A stretch of DNA of 59,758 bases, counting the filler, from Sluysia triapertura (Eukaryota): assembly GCA_046118255.1 (NCBI GenBank). It is 5 parts of 5 records of this genome, joined end to end, with 100 filler letters (N's around TTAATTAATTAA, not from the genome) between each part and the next. Parts side by side here need not be neighbours in the genome. Positions count along the whole stretch, not along the records: positions 23,460 to 37,615 come from JBJNIA010004668.1; positions 37,716 to 48,593 come from JBJNIA010192151.1; 3 more parts are not named here. One strand, 5' to 3'. Shown one piece after another: positions 34,600 through 46,728 of this stretch. Numbering within the stretch: position 1 is the first letter of the stretch; the number at the start of each line of letters is the position of its first letter. Position numbers and translations under genes: made by a program. The notes under the pieces are model-generated. The model searched no databases. It saw nothing but the letters and a program-made list of their open reading frames with translations, and was not told where the DNA came from.

Positions 34600-35261
34600 T
34601 TCTGGATTCAAACAATGTTTGCCTTACCGGCTATGTCAGCACTAATTCTTTTGATAATATTGTCCTTAATTTAACTGAATTTTGTATCAATTCTCAACAT
34701 TGTATTTATTTCATTGTTGACCAAACAAGAACTTACAAATATTTACAATGCTGTTGAAAGATCTAAGCAATTAATCAAAATAAAGCTTCAATAACTACAC
34801 AAACCGAAGAAAGTCGCGTTGTGCATATTTGATAAATCCTTAGTATCAACTTTTATGAATTGTTAAATGCGGCTCAAACAATCACTGTGAATATTTATTG
34901 TGAGCAATTAGATCATTTGCGAGAAACTTTGACTAAGTAAGAGCTAGCGTTAATTAGCGAAAATCAGTCAAGAGAAAATTAAGACGTTTAACTGGGAACG
35001 TTTTTCGCATTCAACATTGTGCAATCAGACTAGCAATTGTTCAGGTTAATGCATCACTTGAAAAGATAGTAATTCAAAGATAAGAATTCTGTCGAAAAAG
35101 CAATTATAAAATTCTTCATAAGAAAAAAAATACTCAGAGATAGCATTGAGATGAGGAAAGACCATTTAAGACGATGGAAATTATACTATTGATTATAAAA
35201 ATATCTAATATTAATTTTTAATTTATGAATATAGTAGGAAACATTTCCACTAATCCAATAT
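34600..35261 (+). mobile_element. Mariner transposase remnant
   Basis: Translates to FYELLNAAQTITVNIYCEQLDHLRETL, LNWERFSH and DGNYTID (mariner DD34D C-terminal pattern), followed by the TIR-like ...CCACTAATCCAATA. Confidence 0.8.
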
Positions 35262-35431
35262 CATCAAACGACTTTTCAAGATTTACTTATTCAGCTTCTG
35301 CAAAAATTTAGTTTTAATTTTATTAAATAATTATTTTAAATTAACTTCATCTCCAATATAGATTTTAGAAAAAATTGGAAGAATAAATTGAGAAGTAGTA
35401 ATGATATTGTTAAAAGAATAATAAAAATGGA

Positions 35432-36664
35432 CTAACCACACCAATTACGAAACATTTCTTCGAGAAAAACTTCAATGAAAGTTATCTGAGATTTTGGTAT
35501 ATCGCATGTTTGTCGATTGAAATGTGGCATCACCACAAGAAGACCTTTCGCTATCTCTTCATCTGTCTGTGCAAAATATTCTTCCGTAATTCGTTTTGCC
35601 CATTCAATGCATAATCCAAACGGTCGAGTGGGATTATTGACATCGCTACATTTGACAAGCATTCGTCGTATAATACATTTATTTTCTGGAATTCTCAAAT
35701 TCAATGGTTCGTCACTAGGAATATCTTGAAAATTTCGATCTGTTACTCGCATTATATTATGCAAAAATTTTGTCAAATGTTCAAGATGTTTAGCCATTTC
35801 TGTAGCTAAAACTGCATCAATTATACTATGACGTAATGATGTATAGTCATCTCGGTTTAAATTTTTAAAAATATTTATTCTATCGTCCTTCAAAGTAAGC
35901 TTGAAAGCAAATGAAGAATGATGGTTTTCAAGAACAGCTATATCATTGTACATAACAGCTAAGTTATGACTACTGTTAATAAGAAATGGATTAGTTTTAT
36001 CGGCCACACTTGGGTAAGCAATTACATCTTTAACACCTTCTGTAACACGACTCATTTCAATATATATTTCTTCTTTGGTTTTATTCTTTGGTATTCCACC
36101 AACAAATAGACGACAGTTGTCAACACTTAAACAAACACCTAATGGTTTTTCTGGACGTATTTCATAATTATTTAATTCTGCTACAGCACGTTTGGTATCT
36201 TCTCGATTCATATAAATGCAAAATCCATAACCTCGATTTGTGCCTGTAAAATCCATCATTAAACGAAACATATAAATTGGACCGATTTTTTCAAACACCG
36301 GTACTAATTCATCTTCGAAACAATCCCGTGGTATTTTACCAATAAATACCTCACAGCCACGTTGAGGTGAATCACCGCACCATTCAGGCGGTGGTCCGTA
36401 TCGTCTTTGACCATTCTCTTGTACTATTGGATACATTGTACGGTTTAATAACTTAACTAATGCTTCTGCTGATGACATAACAGCAGCATTTTGGTTATCT
36501 TGCTTACATAAACTATCGTTCTGTTCACTATCATTCTTCATTTTATCACCTTGAGCATTACTATTACTGCTATTAATTACTTTATTAGTGTTACATGGAA
36601 CAGATGAAATCAATGGCAAATTTTGATACAAAGACACACACGAATTATTCACTTGTTTTGACAT
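35432..36664 (-). CDS. Chimeric ORF: RBM47/RBM46/A1CF-type RRM1 plus half RRM2 fused to the C-terminal half of a PDE8-type phosphodiesterase catalytic domain
   Basis: [58 protein letters not shown], then [63 protein letters not shown] probable GT donor lies at the 3' end (TGTG|GTTAGT). Confidence 0.9.
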   Translation of the reverse strand: MSKQVNNSCVSLYQNLPLISSVPCNTNKVINSSNSNAQGDKMKNDSEQNDSLCKQDNQNAAVMSSAEALVKLLNRTMYPIVQENGQRRYGPPPEWCGDSPQRGCEVFIGKIPRDCFEDELVPVFEKIGPIYMFRLMMDFTGTNRGYGFCIYMNREDTKRAVAELNNYEIRPEKPLGVCLSVDNCRLFVGGIPKNKTKEEIYIEMSRVTEGVKDVIAYPSVADKTNPFLINSSHNLAVMYNDIAVLENHHSSFAFKLTLKDDRINIFKNLNRDDYTSLRHSIIDAVLATEMAKHLEHLTKFLHNIMRVTDRNFQDIPSDEPLNLRIPENKCIIRRMLVKCSDVNNPTRPFGLCIEWAKRITEEYFAQTDEEIAKGLLVVMPHFNRQTCDIPKSQITFIEVFLEEMFRNWCG

Positions 36665-37545
36665 TTCGTACTAATTTATTTTAAAATTATAATTTTCAAT
36701 TTCTGTAAACATACAATCAAAAAGTATAAATGCGAAATGTTCTTTTTATTTAATGTAATTTCAATTTGATTTGACTCAAATATAAGTTTAATTCTATAGA
36801 TAAAAATAATTAATTCATAATATAAATGATACAAATATTACTCTTAGGTTTTGGGTCCAAAGTTTACTAGATGTGACAATTTCAAAATTGAATATTGACC
36901 TAGTATATCGATCTTTTATTATGTAATATTTTTTATTTAATTATACTTAATTAATTCGCTATAGCAATGAATAAATTAATGAAAATAATATATTTTTGTT
37001 ACGAAAAAATAGAAAAGAATAACTTAATATTATTTTAAAAACCCTTAATTAATTTATTTAAATATGTGTAATGCTAAACGAAATTAGAAAATTATTTTAT
37101 TTTATGTTTATTTTATCTTTGCATCATAACACTTTTACAGTGTGAAACTTCAGTCTTAAAATTAATTGAACTAAGAATGAAAATTTTAAATTAATTTTAT
37201 TCTTTTCATTAATTTTAAAAATAAATCATTTTAATTAATTGTTATTCTAATTAAAAATAATTTAATACTAAGTTCTATTTGTGTATAGTTTTAAGATTTT
37301 ACGTTTTATCCTTAAATTATTACATGTTGCTTTTGTTAGACTGACTTAAAAGAATTTATAAACTCGATATCCCAACAAAAGTCCTAATTATATGTATAAC
37401 TTAATTTAATTTTTAATTTCTTACAACTTTAAATAGAAAATGCTTCAGTAATAATGTTAAACTTAAATTATATAAATTATTTCATTTTCAGTTCACTTAA
37501 TTTCACTTTTATTAAATCATTTGTTAGGATGTTATTCCTTAATGA

Positions 37546-37615
<70 letters not shown>
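37546..37615. repeat. (AAT)n microsatellite at contig end
   Basis: About 23 AAT units running into the gap. Confidence 0.95.
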
Positions 37616-37715
37616 NNNNNNNNNNNNNNNNNNNNNNNNNNNNNNNNNNNNNNNNNNNNTTAATTAATTAANNNNNNNNNNNNNNNNNNNNNNNNNNNNN
37701 NNNNNNNNNNNNNNN
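37616..37715. other. Artificial contig spacer
   Basis: N + TTAATTAATTAA + N. Confidence 0.97.
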
Positions 37716-38017
37716 TCTAATTATTCTAAATGAAATCATAACTTTATTAAAATTTCTATGTTCAATTTTAAAGATAAAATGATTAAAATAAGGTCTATGA
37801 CATGTATTATACATAAAACTCATTAATTTAATAAAAATTTGCTTTATCAAATACAATTTATGTAGTAACAAATGTTGATGCATCTTTGAACATATTACGA
37901 CCGATGCACTAGGAATATAAGTAAAGATATGAACACACCAAAAAGTAAAATTCATAATGATCAAAATGCAAGAGTAAATATAAAAAATAATAATGTAACT
38001 TCAAATGTATCTTTTTA

Positions 38018-38780
38018 TCAATGCGTTGTGTAAGGCAGTGAGGTACGGAAAGATACTTGCACTAAACAGATGTTTGCAGAAGTTGTGGTTCGAAGCGGTT
38101 CTCTGAATAAGCATGTTGAAATTACGTATATAGATTGATCGGGTAGAAGTAATGATAAGAGTTTATATGATGTACCGTCAATATTCGATATTAGAAGATG
38201 TGACGAGGTTATAAAAGCACATACTAATTTTGATTCATTAATCATAGTCGAAGATTCTTTTATAAATATTACAGCACTAATAATACTATTATCTTCTTGT
38301 TCGTTTACGTCATATCTATAATTATTTGTTCGAGGTAATTGACATTTACTTAGAAGCATTTTACCTCTGATATCATTTATTGCATTTGATCTTCGAAGAT
38401 TATTATCTACATCTTTTCTTAATTCAATCAAAAAAAGTAAACGGTTCTTTAATTCATAACTAACTAATTCATTAGCTGTACTTAACATATGCTTCGTTTT
38501 TTTACATCGATTGAATTATATTCGAGCTAAAATGATCTTTTGAATGTTTTCGTTACTAATACATTGTTCTATCTGATTAATAAGGTTTGACATTAAGTTT
38601 ATTATAATATTTAGTCTAAATTCGATAATGGTCAAATGCCTTTGTAATTATAACTTTTTAAAATGTGATTTCGTAGTTATTTTTTTAATAATGATTTGTA
38701 ACAAAGCCACTAAATTAATTTTCGATCATTATTTAAAATGGTATCCAATATTGATTAATAAAATTCAACTCTAAATTTAG
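38018..38780 (-). pseudogene. Orphan ORF remnant, paralogous to 44187-46070
   Basis: Shared colinear blocks: FRLNIIINLMSNLI vs FRL/MIIIKAVMSRLI; NDIRG...CQLP vs SEIRG...YCLP; INESKLVC vs LNGSKLIC. Confidence 0.5.
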
Positions 38781-39899
38781 TAACATATTCTTTATAAATT
38801 CGTTTGATAGGAAAAGAGGATGTTGCAAAAATGTTTATTTTTCTTAAAATATTTAATTGTGAATTAGTTAATTGAACAGTGAGCCATTATTTGTTGTCAG
38901 CCATTCAGATTGAGTAAATCAAATAATGAATTGAGTAAAATTCACCAAAAGAATTGTGATAATAAAATGAATTAAATTTACATTTAATTCTAATAAATAA
39001 TAATACAAAATTTTGATTAGGAGTCTGTCAGTTGTTAAATTGAAAACCAATGATTTAATAATAGTGACACTAACAAATAACAATAACGTTAGTAAAAATA
39101 ATAATTAATAATATTAATAATAATAAAATAAAATATTAGTAATAATAATAATAATTTGGTTGTGATCGATCTCTTTAATTTGTAATTTCTTATTAAAATA
39201 AAATTTATTTAGATTCTTTTATACAAATTCTTTTATAACGTTACTTTTAAAATTCTTATTACGTTTCGTAATTAAAATTTTATGAGAAGAAAATAAAACG
39301 AGTTTAAGAAATATAATTTTATTATACATTAATATAACAAAGACTTTTAATTTTGACATTTTTTTCGTATGCTTGTCATGAAGTCTTGTCTGTGATTGTA
39401 CGTCTAAATTAAAATAAAAAAATGAATTATAAGTCGAATGAACAAAAATAATATTACATTGTGGAGCAGGATCTCTTTACGTCACGTTGTGCTTAGGACT
39501 GTTGGTTTCTTTTGGATCCATTGAAGTTCAGTTAGATTATGAACTTTATCTTGATTATACGATTTACAAATAACTGTAACTATAGCTATCGAATTAAGAA
39601 ATTCTAACTTTAACGAACATGCCGGGATGGATTCCCCTTTAATGATAATCTTTACAAGTATTTGCCGATGATTGGTATTTTGAATGAGTACTAAGACAAC
39701 ATTTTGAAGGACATGAACCAACTTTAATCACTGCCATCATAGCATTAATCAGACAAGAATGTAAGTCCGGCCTATCTTTACTTTGTCGTAAAATCGAAAC
39801 ACGTAGTAAATTAAGATTATCATTAGTTGTAGATCTATGGTAGGAATCATCTGAAGTATTTGTAGATTCAAAATCTAAAATTGGTAATTGAAAAATTGA

Positions 39900-40200
39900 C
39901 AGTGATCGAAGTCGATTATGTAATGACATGGATGCTGCTTGATCACCTGTATTTATTGATACAATATCAATAAACAAAATATCAATATCAAGACCACATA
40001 ATTCACTTCCCAAACTATCTTCTGTAAATAACATCAAATCTCCTTTATATAATTTCGTGAGTGCTAAAGTTGAATATCACCTTAAACATACTTTAATAAG
40101 CCAGTCCATTGCTTTAGCAATATTGTAAATTGGTGTTCACATTACGACATCGTGATATTTTACTTTAATATTAGTAATAGTTCCATTATCTTTAGTTGTA
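39900..40200 (-). mobile_element. Penelope-like reverse transcriptase fragment (decayed)
   Basis: TPIYNIAKAMDWLIK ... LCGLDIDILFIDI resembles the PLE pattern PTYxLAKxLxxLL ... SLDVxSLFTNV. Confidence 0.5.
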
Positions 40201-40609
40201 GTTATAAGTAAAATTTCTTCCTTTACTAAATGAAGAAACATTGCAAATCATCATCAGAACAAATACTTCCTTTAACATCGTTACAAGTAGACTGTAATTT
40301 TTCACACATTTTGTTCAGCGCGAGATACTTCAACTTTTAACAATTTTTTATGAGTACTGTTATATTTAGTATTGTGATTATAGCATAAGAAGTTTTGTTT
40401 TAAAAATTTTTTCATATAAGCATTCTCTGATTAGTCGTCCAGTCAGAAAGAGTAAAAATTGATAATTTGTATAACACTGATTGGACGACTAATATTAAAA
40501 ATTCAAAACCGAAAATAGAACTTTTGAGTGATGAGCCACCATCAGTGCTGACATGAATTTATATACAGTAATCAGCAATGTCAGCACTGGCGATGGTAGA
40601 TACTAATTT

Positions 40610-41586
40610 TGATATTGTGTAAAATTAATGAAGTTTAATATTAATAATAATAACAATAATGTTATTATTATTATTAATATTAATTAAATACAAGATATTT
40701 AAAACGCATAAAGTCTTTCTGAACGTTACTCGACCTGTCTTTTATTTTATTCATCTTTCTCGAAATATTTTTAATCTAGAATTAAAATGGTAGAATTGAG
40801 TCTAATCCCAACAATAACAAGAGAGACAATGTTGTCATTATTGTTGTTATTAAACTGCATGAAATCTTGAATTCTTTAAAAATTGTACATGATCTTACTT
40901 TAAATCCTTTAAGATTTCTTAACATATTTACATATATTTAAATATATTTAAAACTAAAGATCTTTAAGTGAATGTTGGTTTAGTTAGTTTTACATATATA
41001 ATTGATGTTTCAAGATACGATGGCAGTTCTAATGCTATGCAGTAAATGTAGAACATTTGAATGAATTTTTTGATGGTGATTAATGTTTTTGACTGAAAGT
41101 AATATTTGAATATTGGAAGATTGTGACCTAAAGAAAAGTTGCGAAGAGTGTGGTTTAGTGAATGTGAAAAAGATAAATTACAGTCCGACTCTTAGTATGT
41201 TCGAAAGGTGATTGTACAATGTTGATAATGTGATTTGATCTCTTGCTATTTTTAAGTGGTATTGTCTTTTGTGCTGTTAGGGATTATACGATAACAAATG
41301 ATGAATTTAAAATGTAGGAATTGATTCGAAGGTGTCAGGTGGATACTTTCGAATGTGGTTGTAGTTTGATTGTTATGAATATCGAGTAAAATATTTTTTG
41401 ATGAATCTGTTAATATAAATTGATGGCATTGGATGTCGTTCTGGTTTATATGTTATGAGATTGTGGATATAAATTGACTTTGGCAGATGAACTGTTTTAG
41501 TGAATGTAGAGAAGGTAAATATGTGAATGTTGAAATGTTAAAGGATTTTTAATAAAATTTAATAATAGTGAAGGTTGACCACCACA
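40610..41586 (-). mobile_element. LTR-like repeat, same family
   Basis: Minus strand starts TGTGGTGGTCAACC; AC-rich; TTTATGCGTTTT at 40712-40701; AAT/ATT tract; followed by a PBS-like hairpin at 40538-40605. Confidence 0.65.
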
Positions 41587-43002
41587 TTATTATTATCATT
41601 GTTATTGTTGCCATCGTTACTATCATTGTTGTTACTATGAATGTTATGCATGTAATTTTATGTCTATTTGATCTGATTAAAAACATCGAAAGTCGTGTTA
41701 TTAAAAAATAGATAATTATTAAAAATAAAATTCAAAATTATTGACAAAACAAATAATATTATCATTAAAAGAGGAAATAAAAAGATAGTTGTGTCTACTC
41801 TTGTATACAAACTTTAATTACATAGTATTCAATCTGAGCGTTGAGCCTCAGCAACACAATACCTGTGTCTGACCTAATATGCCATGCCTGTCTTACAATA
41901 GATTCAAACTCTACATCTTCCGTGGTTTTAATACGTCTGTTGCATTCAGATTCCCATTTGAAGTCTGTCTTCATCGAATCGATCCCAATTAGCTCTTGCA
42001 GCATAACTTTTGTCAACATTCGAATTATGACTTCTGAAATGTGACTCGAATATAACTATGAATCTAATAATGAACAAAGCACTATTTTACATGTTGCCCC
42101 AATACGAGTGTCTTCTACTCTGACTAATTGCTAAATAAACTGCAGAAAAATGATCGTATCTTCTTTTAATCGTTAACAAATTCAAATTATAACTAAATAT
42201 AAGTAAATATAAAATAGAATGTTATATCATAATCAAAAGAAATATTATGTTGATTTCAAATTGTTTTATAATTGTACAATCTTTGTAGCAAGGTTTAATT
42301 TTTTACTGCCGTTTTAGTCTGTTTAAACAATTTAATTTTTTCTTTATTGCTAATTCTTTAAATTTAATTCTCAAACTTTTCATTTCTTTAATTTCTTGAC
42401 TTTGAAAACATATATAAAATGCAACATATATATGAAATATAACATAATGGAACATAATAAAATATGGGAAAAGTGTGGTCGAATAACAATGATACGATGT
42501 AAGTGAGTGTTGTTTTATTGTATTATTGAAGTATTATTGACTTTAAATTTAATTTTAATAGATGATTTTTTGCTTTTTGTTGTGATATATGTTGTGAATT
42601 ATGATTTTTAACTTTCGAATTTAAAAAATTTTAACATTTTTTAGTTTTATTTTTACGTTAAAATTAAAATTTAAATATTCTTTATTAAATTTAATTAATT
42701 CACAATCTCTTTTAACATTAATTGAATAAGAGAAACAATTAATATCTATTATATTTAAATTTAAGAATTTATTAACCATTTATTTTGAAATTCGTTTCTT
42801 GCAAATCATTTCCTTGACATGTTTGGAAAGCAAACTTTCCACGTTTCTAAAATATATTAAAGAATAATAAAACGCAATTATAAAACATAAATACGGTTAG
42901 AATAAGAAACCGTAATTACTTTTAAATTTTGAGAACTGTTATCGTTGAAAGGACTTTCGTTCAATGATGAAATCAGTTGTTGTATTCTTTAATTGTGATT
43001 TG

Positions 43003-43200
43003 TTAAGTGTGACATCCAGGTACATTGTGTACATACAGGCAATTCCTACCATACACTGTGCATTTTCCATGTAGAGTCGCAACATATAGACAACAACCAG
43101 ACTTGATGCGTCGTGACTCATCACCCAGATCTGATCGTATCTTTTGAGTTTCGGCAGTATAAGCAGCAGTTTGGATGATATCTTCTTTTAAGGACCATTG
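43003..43200 (-). pseudogene. Element ORF fragment with CCCH zinc finger
   Basis: RIKSGCCLYVATLHGKCTVYGRNCLYVH has the C-x9-C-x6-C-x3-H spacing also seen at 9591-9695. Confidence 0.55.
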
Positions 43201-43214
43201 TTCAATGAGTATAA

Positions 43215-44088
43215 TACCAGTGACTGGAAACTTTGGAGGCTTCCAATTTTTTATTTCCGGTCTTCCAATTATTTCCAATTATTTCCGGTCTTCCTAATAA
43301 TTTAAACGCTTCAAATTGATATATTTGCAATCGATCATGTTGAATTCGTTTTTTAATTTCCAACATAATGAAGTCATCTTGTAAATTCTTTAATGTCACA
43401 TTTGAATCACGTTTATTCAATAAATAACGCATTATAAATAAGTCATTATTACTTAACTTAACATGTTTGAGAATAATTTTTACTTCTTTTTTATTTTCAA
43501 TAATTAATCGTAAAAAATAGCACTTCGAACATCATTTTTCTGCAATTTTTGATAAAACTCACAAAATCGTTTTTCCTCAGTTTCAAAATAATCTTTTCCT
43601 AAACCAACGTAAGGAAATAAATTTACTTCAAACTTTCGCTTCAATATATCACGTGCATGTCTACCTTTAATAACTTTACTCACTTCTGCCCAAACACGTT
43701 CACCAGTAATAATTTTTACACCATCGACTTTTTGTTTAATATTAGATGAAGTTCCTTCAACTTGTGAATCGGATTGTTCCGGAATTCTTTCAAAATATCT
43801 AAAATATCGTAAAATTCTTAAATAATCTTCTTGAATTCGATTAACACTGTTTCAAACAAAACGGATAATATTACTTTCTAAATCTTTAGTGCCACCAAAT
43901 TGATCATAAATAAAATCATCTTCATCTAAAATTAAAGAGTTAATAATTAAATCACGTCTTTCGACATCTATTTTCCAATCTTTTGTAAATTAAACTTGTG
44001 CTCTGTGGCCATAGGTTGCAACATCAACTCGTAGAGTAGTCATTTCAAAATTTTCATTATCATCAATTCTTGGGCTTATTGTAGCGTG
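43215..44088 (-). pseudogene. TRNT1: CCA tRNA nucleotidyltransferase fragment, intronless, disrupted
   Basis: [51 protein letters not shown]...YDQFGG...RIQEDYLRILRYFRY...ITGERVWAE...WKPPKFPVTG. Contains a stop and frameshifts, and lacks the N-terminal catalytic DxD motif. Confidence 0.9.
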
Positions 44089-44186
44089 TGATGCAACAAT
44101 TGACATACAATCTATTAATTCTGTACGAGCTTTCAATCTAAGCTCCATGTCTTCTTTACTGTTAATTGCCATGAGACATTTTTAAC

Positions 44187-46070
44187 TTAAATATCGGTAA
44201 AGTAAATTTTATTATAATAAAAAACTAATTTTGGGGGTGGTATGTTATGTGACCAATTTTTTTGTGTTGTATAATGTAACGTTTGATAATTAGTATTAGC
44301 TAAATTATTTTGAGGATTTGACAACAATTGAAATCTTTGTATTGTACCGTCAGTATTTAGACAAGGACAAGATGATTCGCCTTCAGATGTTATTAATGTC
44401 AGACAAAAACGTAAGATTATACAAGATATATATGGCAATGTAAATAACGTCGAAATAGGTGAATTACAATGGTGTAGATCAATTGGTGATGTGATAAACT
44501 TTGTCTGTTCGTGGTGATCTTGATATTTTAATATTTCATACATTATTATGTATATTTCTAGGATAAACTTGTGATTAATTATAGAATTCTTATTTTTATT
44601 AATTGAATGAATAAGACTTGTTTCGTTATTAGAAAAATTAGTAAAAAATTGTTTAAGGGCCTTAGTACATTTTAAACAATTTATATCATTTTTAAAATTA
44701 ATTTTACTAATAATACGAAATTGAAAAAAACTATCAATTTTAGAATTTATTATACTTATTAATAAAGATGTTATTAAGATGTTATTTACAAAAACATCTT
44801 CTTGGACACAATTAAATCTGACTGGAACCCAGTTAGCAGGATCTGAACATATTTTTATCCTAATGAAATTATAACAGAATAAATTCATAAATTCATAATC
44901 TGAATGTTTATTAAATAGTTTCAAATAAAGCAATACGTAATTACCTTCGTGTAAGGTGAATATACATTGGACAAAACTGACGTTGGAATTCTTAATGATT
45001 ACCACGACCAAGCAAATTAACTTAGATCCATTCAATGTATCATTATACACATTGTCTCTGTCACTAGTACATGAACTATGCTCTAAATTACTGAGAAGTA
45101 AATCAAAGTGGCCGTCTAATTTAGGATGAAATACATTAGGTAAACAGTATATAACTTTCATAAATGAACATTCTCTAGCACCACGAATTTCACTTACACT
45201 CATTTATGTTTGAGAAAGGAATAAAACTCTTTTGGATGGTATTGTTAGATATTGCAAAGAATTTTTGCTGAATTTGATTGAATCTGTGTCGATACAGTAT
45301 GTATGATTGACGAATAATTTGTGGATAGAACGTTAAATAGTAGACTTTGATTAATCATGGGATTGACTTTTATTTTATCTAATTCATTAGTAAGTCTGGA
45401 ACGTGTTAATTCATTATTGTCATAGGATAATTCTTGCCTTACTGATATACGTGTTAAATCGTAATGCCCATGTTTGAAAACGTTACATGAATTGGTACGA
45501 AAATAAATGGTTTCATCGAATTGATACAAACTTATACTAATATGGCTTTCTTTCACAACATTAACTAAGATTTCCAATATGTGCATGAACTCATAATTGA
45601 ATGATGATGTCTTCTTGTGAACATTGAAAACATAAGATTGCAAAAGATCATTTAGTGGACAATTCTTTCTAATGCTCATAACACTTTCACTAAAAATATC
45701 ATTAATAACTTTTTGTAAATTTGCTGCCATTAAATTTTGAAGCTGTGATTCTTTTATATCATCAAAAGTTCCATGTAACCAGTTAACAATAAAATTTCCT
45801 GAAATAAAATTTGCATAATGTATAAGTCGTGACATAACTGCTTTAATAATGATCATCAATTAGTCTAAAAATTGTATAATCACTCTGTAAAGTTTTTAAT
45901 CTGCATTGAAATTGATCATAAAAGTTTTTTAACTCAGTTGATAAAATTGTGAATTTTTGAAGCCAATATTAGAACATCCAATCAGATCGGTGCTTAATGA
46001 CACAAATTGTGATGATTCTGATTGGATATATTGATCATAGTAAAGTTAGTGGGATGTTGGTGAGAAACAG
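44187..46070 (-). pseudogene. Long orphan ORF (~600 aa) broken by frameshifts, just downstream of the LTR-like end
   Basis: ORFs 45245-45859 and 44187-45203 plus coding-like sequence up to ~46070; intronless; paralogue at 38018-38780. Confidence 0.55.
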
Positions 46071-46157
46071 CAAAACATCTGCCGTCATCAGTAATGTCAT
46101 TGTAGTGACAGTTCTAATCAGTGCAAATAGTACTGATGACGGCGGTAACCAAATTAA

Positions 46158-46720
46158 TGTAGATGATTATTATTAATTTGGTTAATGATAAAAATAATAA
46201 TAAAAATGATAATAATAACACTACTAATAACAATAATAGTATTGTTATTATTATTGTTGTTAGTAAAAACGCATAAATGTCTTGAGCCTGATAACAAGAT
46301 CTTTCTTTTTTATTCTTTAGTCTTCTTACATATTAACAATGAAATAAAATGAAAAAAAACAAATGTACTGTGAAGGAGCAACAAAGATTAAGTGAAAGAA
46401 GTATCATTTGTGGTTGTTGCTTCACAGTATGATAATGAATCTCTTTAAAGTTATCTGAATTTTATTTTGAAATTATGTAATGATTAAAGTTACAGTTGAA
46501 ATGAAGAATGTTAGAATAATTTGTTGAAGCTTGTTAAAAGGTTTACAGTTTGAAAACAAGATTTATACATTAGATTTGAGTTTAAATACTTGTTAAAGGT
46601 TAAGGTTATTTTAATCTTTAAAATGATTGCAAATTAAATTTAGATATATTATAACGTCAATGTAGATGATTGAGAATAATGGATATTGTTGTGTGGAATG
46701 AGTTTAGAACGGTGTTGGTG
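46158..46720 (-). mobile_element. 3' part of LTR-like repeat
   Basis: TTTATGCGTTTTT (46277-46265), AAT/ATT tract, ends CTACA (46162-46158), then TTAATT and TGGTTACCGCCGTC. Confidence 0.6.
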
Positions 46721-46728
46721 ATTGTGAT

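Noticed and set aside
37454-37663. Poly-Ile ORF
   Set aside because: Translation of the (AAT)n microsatellite running into Ns.
46060-46145. Hammerhead ribozyme (CTGATGA on both strands)
   Set aside because: No GAAA core follows the putative stem II (the - strand reads TTTC).
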